Part shown: positions 39,521 through 52,233 of the stretch, one piece after another | Numbering within the stretch: position 1 is the first letter of the stretch | Layout of the letters: the number at the start of each line of letters is the position of its first letter | Assembly (NCBI RefSeq): GCF_004010195.1 | Contig: NC_057719.1 | Coordinates: forward strand, 65,927,049 to 65,991,048 | Reading direction: 5' to 3' | DNA: 64,000 nt | Origin: Chiloscyllium plagiosum | Taxonomy: Eukaryota | Made by a program: the position numbers and the translations under genes | The notes under the pieces: model-generated | What the model was told of the DNA's origin: nothing | The model's input: the letters and a program-made list of their open reading frames with translations, nothing else | Databases searched by the model: none

Positions 39521-40044
39521 ATTGATGAAGATGAATCAAGTATGTTTTCCATTCTGAATGGTTCCTCATCAGCTGTTGCAGAGTCTGCCTGTCAGCTATC
39601 TCCTTTAGGACCCAGGCAGCTGACTCAGTAGTGGTGCTATGCAGCCACTTTTAATTATGGAAAATGTAGTCTCCCATTGAGATTACATTTTGTGCCCTTG
39701 CCAACCTCATTGTTGCTTCCAGGTGAAGTTCAACATGGAATAATATTGATTTATCAGCTCAAAGAGAAGGGTGGTAGGTGATAATCAGAGGAAGTTCCCT
39801 TGCCTATGTTTCAACTGAGGCCATGAGCATAGCCTCTTAAACTAGTGTTGTGTATTCCTAAGGCACCAATATCCTGAGTCTGTGTTACTTCTGATGGATC
39901 TGTCTTATTGCTGAGACAGGACATAGCCAAGAATGATGATAATGGTGTCTGGATTGTTTTCTGAAAGGTATGATTTTATAAATATGATATTGTCAAGCTT
40001 ATTTTGACGAGTATGTGGGACAGCTCTCCCAATTTTGGCATATG

Positions 40045-40575
40045 CCCTAGATATTTGGAGAATCATAACCTAATCAAGTGCAATCAGCATGACTTCATGA
40101 AAGGGAAATCATGTCTGACTTTTATTTAAAAGAGTTTTCTGAGGATGTTTCATCCAGACTGGATAAAGGGGGACCAATAGATGTGTTGTATTTGGACTTT
40201 CAGAAATTGTTCAACAAGGCATCTCAGAAAAGGCTATGTCATAAGATAAGAGCCCATGGTGTTGGAGGTCATATATTGACTTGGATAGAAAATTGGCTAG
40301 TGGGCAGGAAACAGAGAATAGGGATAAAGACTTTCTTTGTTAGTTTGGTGACCTGTTACCACCTGATTCCACAGGAATCCATGCTGGGACCGCAATTGTT
40401 TACAACATATAAAAATGACTTGGAAGAAAGAATTGAATGTACTGTAGCCAAATTGCTGACAACACAAAGATCGGTGGAAAAACAAGTTGCAAGAGGGGTA
40501 TGAACTACCTCAGAAGAAAGGAGTGCCAATTTAGACTCAGATGAAAAGGAATTAGTTCTCTGAGAGGGTTGAGAT
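40045..40575 (+). mobile_element. CR1 RT fragment
   Basis: DVLYLDFQKLFNK...WIENWLVGRKQR...PQESMLGPQLF. Confidence 0.85.
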
Positions 40576-41398
40576 TCTTTGGGCAGTGAGAAAGGAGCTG
40601 TTCAATCTGTGTACCTCTTTAGTAAAAAACCATCAACCTTCCCGTTAGGTTTCATCTTACCCAATTCAGGCCAACAAGATCAGTCAGTTTCGCCACAATC
40701 ACCATTTTAAAAATTGCTGTGATATTTAAAGGGACTTTGCATCTGTTAGCACTTGTTTGGAGCTCTGTTCCAGCCATTGTTGATTCAGAGCTTACCAGCT
40801 TAAAATATTGGAAAGGTACACTGGAGGATTAATTTTTTTTAAATCTTATTGTGGAGATCCATATTAAAATTATGAACTGCTGCTGCCCACCTTCTAATTG
40901 CCTGCCCTCGTACACTTTTCTGGCGTCCTTCAACTTGTGTCTGAATCAGCCACCTTGCTAGCGCCTGTGTGTGCAGTCTCATGGGCTACAAATGGTGCCC
41001 ACGGGAGTTTACCGTTTTGTCCTCCTGAGGCTAGTGTCTAAGATAGCGCAGTCCTAATGCAAGTTTCATTAAGCTAACGATGCATCAGGATCATGCCCCA
41101 ATTCGGACATGATACACTTGTGGGCCCAAGGGTTTCTTATGCTATTCTTGTTTGATTGCTTGGCATCTCTTTGGTTGTTAGAATTTGGAGAATAACAAAT
41201 TAAGAAGAAAAGTCAATTTCCTGTCAAACCTTGATGACAAGCAATTAGAGATCCAACCTGCTCCTTTTACCAATAAAGGTAACCAATAAAAACAATGAAA
41301 TAAAAATTGCGCTGTTTATTCTGAAACATTAATATAAAGCAAATGTATTCTTTAATTAAAAGCTAATCACTGGACAAACACAACTGACTTTTTTTAAG

Positions 41399-41545
41399 TT
41401 AAAAATTACACAACACCAGGTTATAGTCCACAGGTTTAATTGGAAGCACACTAGCTTTCGGAGCGACGCTCCTTCATTCATCCTGATGGACTATAACCTG
41501 GTGTTGTGTGATTTTTAACATTGTACACCCCAGTCCAACACCGGC
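41399..41545. mobile_element. Fold-back short element (family B), hammerhead core disrupted
   Basis: 12-bp TSD ACTTTTTTTAAG (41387-41398, 41546-41557); inverted arms; homologous to 45001-45272. Confidence 0.82.
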
Positions 41546-43567
41546 ACTTTTTTTAAGAATGACAGCTATTCAGGTAAGCTATGTCACTGATGTTCAACTT
41601 TTCTGTTAAGGATATACAGGATGCAGATGTTTGCAAATTGATAAACTTTATATTGGGATTTAAAAAAATTCACAAATGTGTGCCTGTACAGAGTGTTGCA
41701 GAAATATATATGCCAGCTGCAGACTTGTGCTCAAGTCTTGAAAGCTTGAGTAAATATTAAGGAGTTCAGATACTTCCCTGTGTAGCCTAATGTGTCGTGT
41801 AAATTAAACCTTTTGAGCTGCAGAGTCATTGTTTACAGAATGATGCCACAGAATCAGTCAGTCCCATTCCTCTGATTTGTACGTAGCCTTAAAAGTTTTT
41901 AATAATAAATATTGCAACTGAGAGTCACAAAATGTCAAAATTTACTTTCAAACTGATAAATGTTATGGCAAGTTAAGAACAAGAAAGAAACAGAGAAAAT
42001 CCTATTCTATAAACAGACCCTGTAGTGTTATTTACTATTCCATTACCTTCCAGCCTAGTTTGTCTGTCGTCTTCTGAAGATTGATAACCCATGCTGGGAT
42101 ATGCAGGCGTTGAATCAAAACCATACCTTGAACTAGACAACTCTGGGTTCAGAACTCACTGTCAGTTGATACCTATGTGTGCATTTCCAAAGAGATCCAT
42201 TAAATCTTCAGGAATTGGGGTTTGTGCTCTCTGTTTTGCTAAATGGTGGGTTCAGTTATATGGTCCTGAATACTGTTTTAGCTGAGAGCAAACAAAGTCT
42301 ATATTTCAGTACTTCCTGAGGTGAACAGCTTAGTGCCAAATCACATGTTGTATTTATCCACAGAATCATTTTCAGGAACATATTGTTTTGTCGCACACAA
42401 GTTGAGAAGGGGTAAACCAGCTTCCCTGATTTCAATCTACTCAGTTGGCCATAACAAAGGACTAACTTCCTCTTTGCACGAGTCTATACTTTTTTCTAAC
42501 AAAATTGGAAGATAGATGTTCTTTTACTATAAAAATAAGGCCTTCTTGAGTGAAAACACTTCCTTAGCTGCTAACCCCAAGATAAACAATAAAGACGTGG
42601 CATTAAGCACATGACCTTTGTGTAGTTTTGTGGACCCATACATACATATTAACGTGCGTAAAAGGTAAGAGGGGATAATGTCTCACAGAAAGGGAGGGAA
42701 AAACGAATACAAGTCAGGGTTCTTTGGCTATTTGAACCTGACACTACAGATTTGTTGTTTGGAGGTCATCAGCAGTAGTGATTATTTTGGTTATCCTTTA
42801 AGTTCTCGATTCCTGATGCATCTTTCTAGTCAGTAATACCCAATTGGGTGTTCTTTTCTTGAGAAGCCTGTATTCTTGTTTAGCTTGTATTCCATATTAC
42901 AATTTCCCCCCATCTGCTAAAGAACTCCTTGCGATACATATTGGTTATATTTTCTGAGTGTGCTGAGGTAGTGGTGTTCCGGGCTTGATAATTGCAGGTA
43001 ATATTTCATCTTCAATATTGAAGATTCTCATAGTAGTGTAAATTAGTGATGAGGATTTTTCATGCATTCCATGAAACCTGACTGATTTCATCGTCCTTGG
43101 CAAAAGTAGCTCAGATTGTAATACAGTCAGTTTCATCAAACTTGGCCAACGATTTGGATCAGATGGAATGGAGACCTCATGCAGTGGGTATGAGTAAGAC
43201 TTTTTGAATTTAGCTTTCAATAGACTCTCAAATTGATACACAAGTCATAGAGAATCCGGTCTGATAACGGCTATACAGTGTATATGTTCACTACTAGTAA
43301 CCTTATGTTGTGTCAGTGACAATTGGGGGTGCTGGGAATTGCGTCATCCTTGATGTTTTTAAATGGCAGCCCAGCATTTTTTCACTCAAAGATGCTGGGC
43401 TATGTCTTAATACAATATAATTCAACCATTATTTGTTAATTTTAAATAAACTGTATTATACTGCTCTTCTTATAAATTTAATTTCTGTTCAGACAATCCA
43501 TTGGAAATATTGTAATAGTTATCTCCTCCCTGTTTAATTCCTTGTGCACCAATGTCCTGTTTTTCAG

Positions 43568-43663
43568 CTATCACCTTTGTTTGTGGACTGTCAATCTCTA
43601 GCTCAATCCCTTCAGGAACTCCCCCTCTACCTTAGACTGAATGTGGACGCTGAGTTGGTACAG
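43568..43663 (+). CDS. AVEN: Aven internal coding exon (LSPLFVDCQSLAQSLQELPLYLRLNVDAELVQ)
   Basis: ttttcAG acceptor, GTaggg donor, 96 nt phase 0-0; matches Aven motif LQELPLxLRLNVxAELVQ. Confidence 0.93.
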
Positions 43664-44641
43664 GTAGGGTTCCTTTATTAAATTCATCTGCAAAACAGAA
43701 AGGTTGACTGAGAATTTTGTTTGTAGCCAGATTTCAAATATTTAAGTCAGTTGCTCAGAGATGTTTAAGAGCTGTGATTAATGTCCTCCTCAGGATTTCC
43801 TCCCACAGGCAATGAAACTGAAATCAGAGACTCAACTGTATGATAGATAGAACTTACATTCCATTGCTTTGTGGGCTTCAAGAGGTGCACGTTGTATTTA
43901 ATTGCTTAGTTAGTTTTATGGAACTTTATCACACTCTGCTGAATTACTGTGAATATCCATTTGGCTTACAAAGATCATGATCTCTGCTGTTGTTTATCAA
44001 GTAACGTAAGGTTGAATGGTTTGTATCTTTAGTTTATGGCAGAATTTGTAATGAATTGAACTAAATAACTAGAGAATCATCAAATGTACCTGCACAGAAA
44101 ACATAGTTCTATTTCCTCTGTTCTTTCCCCAAAGCTTACAAAATCCAGTTTCCTGACAGTGATCTAGCGTGGTGGAAACAGTCAGTTGTCACTTTCACAT
44201 TTTATTATTTTCTTTTCCCTCATATCACCTCTGGTGCTTTCATTGATTTAAAATAATTTGTGTTCACTGGTTACTGACCCTTCTTTGATTGATTGATTAC
44301 AAACTGTTTTATCTGTTTACTCAAATATTATTACTCTGGAACAGACAAGGTTAACAAGGACAGAACTGTTCAAAGAGAATGTTCCAGCCTTTCTGGTTTT
44401 TCCACATAACCAAAGTCCTACTTCATTGGCATCCTTCCTGAAGTGCGGTGTAGAATTAGCCACATAACTCTAGTTCAAACCTAGACAGTCTCTTATAAAA
44501 ATCTAGCATAAACTTGCTTTTATATTCTAAACATCTATTCAAAATGTTAAGGATCTCGTAAGCCACTACTTGTCATGGTAAATTCTAAAGATATGTGTAC
44601 GTGCATTCCCCAAGTATCTCTCTATTATATTATCCTCACCC

Positions 44642-44766
44642 TGCATAATTTTACCACTTTACAACTGTCCTGTTACTCCTGGGATGTACTTATGGTGTAC
44701 ATTAGTCTCAACTTACAGGTTGGTTCAATTGTGTATAACCAGTGAAGCCAGTTTATATTTTATATG
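44642..44766 (+). repeat. 125-bp local duplication, copy 1 (copy 2 at 46304-46428)
   Basis: Direct repeat, 3 mismatches in 125 bp. Confidence 0.9.
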
Positions 44767-45000
44767 ATTTGCTTTTAACAAATATGTGTGGACTTTTATT
44801 AACCCCTATTTTTTCAAGTGCCAATTAATTTTGTCTCATATTATTATCTCAAAGTCAACCCATGAACAATGCCTATAGTTATGTTTATTCTTGAATGAGG
44901 TTGTAAACATTTCCAATACACTACCCATTATGTGAGGAAGATTGGAAAATGGTAGTAACAGCCTCCATATCACCACCTTTTACTTTTCTCAGTAATCTAG

Positions 45001-45272
45001 TTAAAAATCACACAACACCAGGTTATAGTCCAACAGGTTTAATTGGAAGCACACTAGCTTTCGGAGCGACGCTCCTTCATCAGGTGATTGTGGACTTTTA
45101 TTAACCCCTATGTTTTCAAGTGCCAATTAATCAAGTGCCACAATTACCTGATGAAGGAGCGTCGCTCCGAAAGCTAGTGTGCTTCCAATTAAACCTGTTG
45201 GACTGTAACCTGGTGTTGTATGATTTTTAACTTTGTACACCCCAGTCCAACACCGGCATCTCCGAATCATGA
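45001..45272. mobile_element. Fold-back short element (family B) with two intact hammerhead cores in opposite orientation
   Basis: 13-bp TSD CTCAGTAATCTAG (44988-45000, 45273-45285); ~90-bp inverted arms; CTGATGA-aGGAGC gtc GCTCC-GAAA-GCTA at 45148-45176(+) and 45055-45083(-). Confidence 0.88.
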
Positions 45273-45508
45273 CTCAGTAATCTAGCTTGTCTCCCATCTG
45301 GCCCAAATATTTCTGGGTGCTGCTAAAATTTTAAGTATGTCCTCCTTTATATATACACAAATTTCTTTCTTCAATAAAGTCAAAATATTTAAAAGTTAGA
45401 GATATTACAGTCATCAAACATCAATTTTTAAAAAATATTTTCTACAAGCATGTCAAAATTCCTTAAACAAATTCAGTCTCTTATTTTTTTTGTATCCTTT
45501 AAATATAG

Positions 45509-45857
45509 ATCACTGTTCCTTCTGAGCTACCACAAGTGAGACTGAAGGGTTTGCAAGATGGCCCAAGTAAATTTAGAGCACCGGCTGCAACTCCATTGGG
45601 AGCTGTTAATGCCATGCCACAAAATGCAGTGGCTGAAGATCCAGTCCAAACTACCTTCAATGTCATGCTCAGCCCTGCAACACAAATACCTAAGAGTGCT
45701 CCTTCTGCATCTCAGCAAGAACCAGATAAGCTAGACGAGGAGCTGGATATTTTACTTCAGTTAGGAACGCCTGCCAGTAAAAGTAATGATGATTTCCTGA
45801 ACAAAGCTCAAAATGCAGAAGTTCTTTGTGATGCCACATCAGTTACAACTTCAACCG
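45509..45857 (+). CDS. AVEN: Aven penultimate coding exon (ITVPSELPQVRLKG...DKLDEELDILLQL...TTST)
   Basis: Pyrimidine tract plus tatAG acceptor, GTaagt donor; 349 nt open frame (overlaps ORF 45536..45865); TVPxExPQV and LxEELDxLL motifs of Aven. Confidence 0.9.
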
Positions 45858-46464
45858 GTAAGTAAAAGCTTTTTTTTAATTAAAATTACGGAAATAATTG
45901 ATGTTTACCTTTTACTTAAATAGCATGTTTATGTCTAATTCGGCATGTTTTCCATAGCACTCATCAGGATACAAAATTGCATTAGCTAATTGAATATAAC
46001 AAAGACTAAATATATAATTGCTATAGATAATTACAGCAATTTCTCATTATCCAAGGGGAATATGAGCACAAACCTTTCGCAAATAGCAAAGAAACATAGA
46101 TGCTGCTCCAGTGTAATGATCACGTGATCAGCCCAGCCAAGTTAGTGGGGACAAAATGAAAACTGGGGTGTGGGGCCAACCTCACAAATCCACAGATAAC
46201 AAGGACTGATTGTAGTCATGGTTACATTTTGTGAAGTTCGAATTAATTCCTCCTGACCTAAAAGAGACTATATTTAAAATTGGAGAAACAGCATCTACTT
46301 TTGTGCATAATTTTACCACTTTACAACTGTCCTGTTACTCCTGGGATGTACTTATGGTGTACATTAGTCTCAACTAACAGGTTGGTTCAATTGTGTATTA
46401 CCAGTGAAGCCAGTTTGTATTTTATATGTGGACTTATTGGTACTATTTCTTTGCTCTTAAACAG

Positions 46465-46577
46465 ACTCATCAGGTGCTGAAGTGGTAGACAATGCAAATT
46501 CACAGCTAACAGAAATGGCTAAGAAACCTGACCCTGAAGAAGAACTGGAAGATTGGTTAGATAGTATGATATCATGA
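46465..46577 (+). CDS. AVEN: Aven terminal coding exon ((D)SSGAEVVDNANSQLTEMAKKPDPEEELEDWLDSMIS*)
   Basis: ctcttaaacAG acceptor, phase 1 continues the previous exon, ends in the hallmark Aven C-terminus EEELEDWLDSMIS then TGA. Confidence 0.95.
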
Positions 46578-46789
46578 TTATAGTTTTGTAAGTAAATGAA
46601 AGAAAACTAAAAAGTACATTACCTATAAATATTAATTGGCATGTTTATTCCAACTGCATTCCATTGCTGACAAGTAAAATGTATATTAGTGTTAATGTTT
46701 ACACTGTGAAATTCCGTTGAATAGCTTAGATTTAGTGACAGAGTTATAACTAACTAATTGCATGTAAAAAGATTGCAGAGTCAAGGTGT

Positions 46790-46818
46790 AATAAAAACTG
46801 TTGAAAACCATGAATAAA
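46790..46818 (+). promoter_or_regulatory. Candidate AVEN polyadenylation signals (AATAAA at 46790-46795 and 46813-46818)
   Basis: Two hexamers about 215-240 nt after the stop codon, followed by a T/GT-rich tract (tttttttgtgt). Confidence 0.6.
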
Positions 46819-47733
46819 GTGGCCTATTGAGATTTTTTTGTGTAAAAAGTTAATTTGCACATTAATCAAATGACTCATTTTAAGAGCTTTGTTCTGTTGT
46901 GATAAAATAACATATTTTAGTTTATTTTTAAAATCTTTTTTACATAATCCATTTTCAACAACCTTGAGTTTACTCTCATTTCCAACCCAACCAATGATAG
47001 CAGAGGTGCTGTTGGTAATCAGAGAAAAAAAGAATCTTGTAAAAAGATATATAATTGAATTTAATTAGCTTTATTTCAAAACTGTGCATCACATTGCAAA
47101 CAGTCAACACTGACCAATTCATTTCTCTTAGTGCCAAATGATTTGAAAGTGAAGTTTTAAGGTGTATAGAGAAGCAGACGGCCAATGCACATGTAATATT
47201 GTGTTACAGAATTTCTCAAAATTAAATGTCTTATCCAGTAACAACTTTATAAATTATCAGCTCAGCTGCTGCTGTGTAAGCAGAATGAGAACAAGCTTAA
47301 GGTCATACAGCACACAATAAGACTCGACATTGTGAACAGGAGAATACATTCTCAAGTAGCCTTTCCGATGAGCATAAACTAAAAAACAGAACATTCATAT
47401 CGTTGCATAGCTTTGGCTACAGGTAAGGCACTTTTATTTTCTAGAACTTTCTTGCAATTTTTAACCTTTATTATACTTTTGGTCTAACTAGTCAGTTAAC
47501 CAACAGTCACAACAAAGGTTTATTTAAAGTCTCATTATAACACTTGCAATTCTGATAAGTGTTTGCACTTTGGGTGCTTAAAGCTGAATATCACTGCATT
47601 TTAAGACAGTTGTATTTTCAATACCTTTCACATTTATTCTCATTTTGCCTCAACAGTACTTCATTTTCCATTCACATGTTCAAGTAAAGCTTTATGTGAT
47701 CAGTCAGTAGGTAAATTCAAGAAATATTTCCAT

Positions 47734-47829
47734 TTATCCAAGCTGATCCTCGTACTGTTTGCGGAAACAGTCTCCAGCAGGGAAGAAGTCCCAGCAGCGT
47801 TCCTGGTACATCTTCCATACAAAAGATTC
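47734..47829 (-). CDS. RYR3: RYR3 terminal coding exon ([31 protein letters not shown])
   Basis: tttaAG acceptor, 96 nt ending TAA; canonical RyR C-terminus, EDQLG ending as in RYR3. Confidence 0.96.
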   Translation of the reverse strand, partial: ESFVWKMYQERCWDFFPAGDCFRKQYEDQLG

Positions 47830-49479
47830 CTTAAATTGATGGACAGAAAAGTATGAACAAAATTATTTGTAATGCATACTTGCAAAGATAAACAGTATTG
47901 TAGTGCTTTACCCTGTCGATTGAAGTCTCCTGGCTCTGTGACTGCAATCTAAACAGTGAGTAAGTCAGAAGGATCATGCCATTCCAGAATGTGAGACACA
48001 TTCTAAGCTGATTTTCCTATTCAGTACGATAATCAGTGGTGTGGCATTGGCTGCCCCCAAGGTACTAAAAAAGAGGGTGCACCTGCAGTCATGACCACCA
48101 TTTATCCCTTACTAATTGTTTGTTTTGCTCATGTTCATTATTTGCCACAGTGCTGTGTACAAAATGACTAACCCTATTAGCCCACATTTGAAAAGAAGCA
48201 GTTCCAAGTATTTTGGGAGACCTTGAGGAAATTGTCGTAATGTTCATACCATGTAAGTGTCAGTCAATTACCGCCTCCAACAACAGAGAAGCTAACCACC
48301 TCCTTTTGCTGTACAATGGACTTACCATTGCTGAATCCTGTATTCACCATATCGTGTGAGTTGCAATTTAAATCCTGGTCAATTGTATCAGCCAGAAAGC
48401 TACAAGATAAGGTTAGAGGCTGGGAATTCTGTGGTCAGTAACTCAACTCCTGACTCTGCCCTCTACATGACAAGTGAGGAGTCTGATGGAATACTCCACA
48501 CTTCTCTGGATGAATACAGCCCCAACACTCAAGAAGCTTGGCATAATTCAAGTCAAAGTAGCCTGCTTCATTGCTGCCATATTCATCAACAATGTCAGTG
48601 GCAGCAGTTCCATAGGAACACCATCACCTGCAAGTTCTTCTCCAAGCCACACTTTATTCTGAAGTAAAACTACATTAATGTTTCTTCACTGTTAGTGAGT
48701 CAAAATCCTGGAACAGTATCCTTAACTGCTGCAGCGGTTCAAGAATGCAGCTCACCACCATCTTCTCTAGGGACATTAACGATGACTAAACAGAGACACA
48801 CATACACACCCACTGATTTTTTTAAAACTCCCAAATTATTTTTGAAATAGTGAAGCTTTTCTTTCATAGCATAACAGCATAGTCTGTATTTAGAGTTTAT
48901 ATATTTATAAATATCAGAATTTTCTAAGTACATGTCCATGATATTTGCACTCCACCCAATATGAATTACAGTTATAAAAAGGACCCTCTATTGTTCAAAA
49001 GTAAGTAACGATGGTTAGAAAATGGCATACTGTTCAACTATCATTATTATAATTGGTCTTCACATGATCACATATTACTCTACAACAGAAATTCTAACAA
49101 ATTTCCCTTGCCGCATGCATTTCAAAATATAAACCGTTAATAGGATCTTTGTACAGGACAGAAAATGCTGAATAAAACTGATGCTATAGAAGCTGTAATT
49201 CAATCTCACAATTCAGAAGATTTAATCTTTCATTATTCTTCCATATCCATAAAATAGGGGAATCACTAAGCTCAGCTGGCTGGCTGTTCTGCAACACAGA
49301 GTCATGCCAACACTTGGGTTCAATTCCTACAGTGGCTGAGGTTACCAATGAAAGACTCCTTCTCAAATTCTTTCCTCAGTGGAGGTGTAGTGACCTACAC
49401 CTTAAACTGCCACCAGCCATCTTTCTCTAAATAAAAAGCAGCTCTAGAACTATGGCGATTTTACCTTAATATCTGAAAG

Positions 49480-49900
49480 AATTGAATATTCTAATACACT
49501 CCTGGTCAGCCCCTCTCAATGTAACCTTATTCATCTTAGTCATCCAAAGCTCTGCTGCCCATGTCTTAACTCACACTCTATCCATTCAATGCATCATCTC
49601 TTTGCTCACTGAAATACATTGTGGCTGAGCAACACCTTGATTTACAAAACCTCGTCCTAGTTTCCAAATGGCTTGACACTGCACATTCCCATCCTACACT
49701 CCCCTTATGAGAGAGCTATGGTCCCCTTGTATTTAATCAGAACACTACTGGAGGCTCTAAAATTCTCCTTAGGTCTCTCTTCCTCACCAGCTCTCATTCC
49801 TCCTTTAAGAAGCTCCATAAAACCAACTTCTTTGATCATGATTGTGCCCATCTGCCCTAAATATTGCCTCAGGTGGTGTGGAGCTTAATTTGTATTGTTT
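49480..49900 (+). mobile_element. L2-clade LINE 3' coding remnant
   Basis: Resembles QNSAARVLTR..HITPVL..LHW...DFKIL C-terminal L2 motif. Confidence 0.55.
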
Positions 49901-50419
49901 TCTTGTGTTTATTATGTGTTCCTATGTAAACTTTCCTGGGATGTTTTTCTCAGGTAAAACACACAAAGGGTAAGGCAAACTATCTTCTAGTGGTTACATT
50001 TTGGTAAATATATCATGGTGGTTCTGGAGAAATGTGGCTGGAGAGAAGTGATGTGACTGCAAGTGAAGAAAGAACTAAGCTGCTTTATTCATCTTGCTCT
50101 GAAATAATCTGCATAATCCCTCCTGACTATTTCCTCAAGCTCAAACTGTCTTTTGGTACTAAGCTGAGATAAGTTCCGAATTTTAAAAATTGCCCTGAAG
50201 GCTTTATACAGGTTAAAGTATAAAAAAAGCATTAATGTCACAATGTTAAATTTTTGTGAAAATATGTTTTCTCAAAATCAATTGCAGTTGATCGATCACA
50301 GTATTGTGTAATGCATGCTCATATTTCAAGTTAGACACTACATAATCCAACTCACTCATACAGGCCATAATAATTGATATGGAAAAAGGGTGAGAAAGGA
50401 AAGGCACATTTTTGGAACT

Positions 50420-51480
50420 GATTTTAGGAAGAACATAAGACTTAGAAGCATGAATAGGTCATGCAGCCTCTCATCTCCTGTAATATTCAATAAGAATGTC
50501 CATATTAACTCCACTTTCCCGCCATATCTCTTGATTCCATCAGTGTCCAAAAATATACTAATGTCAGTCTTGAACATCAGCAGAATTTCCAGGGTAGAGA
50601 ATTTCAATGATTCACCATCCTGAATAGGAAGTCTGCCAATCTCTGTCCTAGATAACTGACCCCTTGTCCTGAAACTATGATCCTCTTGTTCTAAACTCCA
50701 CGCAGGGGCAACCTACCTCAAATAAAATGCTATTTGCTTCAGTGAGAATACCTTTTATTATTATGCACTCTGAAGAATATAGGCCCATTTTACTTGACCT
50801 CTCCTCACAATACATCATTCTGATCCCAGAAACTAATTTAGTGAAAATGTGTTGCACAACTTTATGGTAAGTGTACCCTTTGTAAAATACGAAAACCAAA
50901 ATAACACAGTATTGCAGTTCTGATATTCCAATACCCAGCATAATTGTACTAAATTCCTTGCTCTAACGCGTTCGTACGAAGGGGTTGGCAAATAGCATAC
51001 TATTTGCCTTTTTAATTGCTTACTGAACCTACATTTTAGACCTTTGATTGGTGTACAAAGACATTCGAACCTTTCTGAATACCAATACTTAGTAGTCTCT
51101 CACCTCTCAAGAAACATTTTGCTTTTCCCGGCTTTGGAAAATTTTGTACTTGCCCATTTTATTCCCCATCTGTCGTGCTATTACATAATCATTTATTTGA
51201 TCAGTTTGTCATTCCCACGCAACCTGTGTTTGAACAGCTCAATTTCCTGCTAGGTCACTTTATAAACATTACATATGATTCCCTCTTCTAAATAATTGAT
51301 ATAGACTGAAACACATATAGCCAAAGCACTAATCTATGTGGCACGCCACTAGTTGTACCCTCAAAAAATTCAACAGATTTGTCAATAACAAATTTCCTGT
51401 CATAAAGCTATTCTGACGGTGCATAATTACTGTGATTTTGTAACTGCTCTGTTAACATCCTTTGCAATAGACTCTAGTTT
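50420..51480 (-). mobile_element. Old CR1 fragment
   Basis: VVQHIFTKLVSGIRMMYCEERSSKMGLYS; tail gaagaacataaga. Confidence 0.75.
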
Positions 51481-51615
51481 TATATCCTTTGCTGCAGTGT
51501 GGGTACTGATGTTGAAAAGCATTACAGCATTCAAAGATATCATTCCTGTGCTTCACTGAGCAGCAAACAAAAATTGTTAGTTTTTCTTTGGATTCTTATT
51601 CAAGATGCTTCATAC

Positions 51616-51667
51616 CTGACCGGTGTGTTCAGTTTCATCTTTGTTTATGAGGTACATCATGAAGAAT
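51616..51667 (-). CDS. RYR3: RYR3 exon ((L)FFMMYLINKDETEHTGQ)
   Basis: tgtcAG acceptor, GTatga donor, 52 nt phase 2-0; conserved YLINKDETEHTGQ. Confidence 0.95.
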
Positions 51668-52233
51668 CTGACAAACAGAAAACACTTGTAAGCCTCAGTT
51701 AAACCTCTGAAAAGCAAATATTCAATATCATGAAAGGAATCTTCCAAGAGAACCCAAGATGAGATTAAATATCACCATTTAGTACTTTGATACTTTATGG
51801 ACATTAAATCGCCATCTTTTCGGCAGATGCAAGGTATTGTCAAAACGAGCAATGTCAGATTATAAGATGTTAACCAGTTATATAGTAACTCTATCATGTT
51901 TGACATGCATAAAGGTTTTCTTAAGAACTAGGTGCAAGTATTTTTTGCCACCAGCCCCTTGGTAATGTTAGGAAAAAGTGCACAAAAATCAGGGAGACTT
52001 CATCTGATCAAATTACACTAGTGCCATCTCTTTTGTCACCAAATTACTCCATGTATGCACAAAGCAGGCATATAAACTTACAGTTGCATGGTAAAGGATG
52101 CTTTCCTTCCTGTAGTCACTTGCAAAGCTATCCAGTGTTATCAGCCATTTACCCAAACTAGCTAGCTAATCCTGCCCTAACTTCCTCCAAAATTTAAACA
52201 TTTTCAATTTCTCCTTGGAAAGTTTGCTTTTCC

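Larger units (their letters stand above)
36790..40040 (-). mobile_element. Old CR1/L2-group LINE, hosting a CR1 copy (37808-38712) and a Penelope-derived repeat (39397-39520)
   Basis: Reverse-complement similarity to 20290-20900 and 24430-24660; sequence resumes after the nested inserts. Confidence 0.65.
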
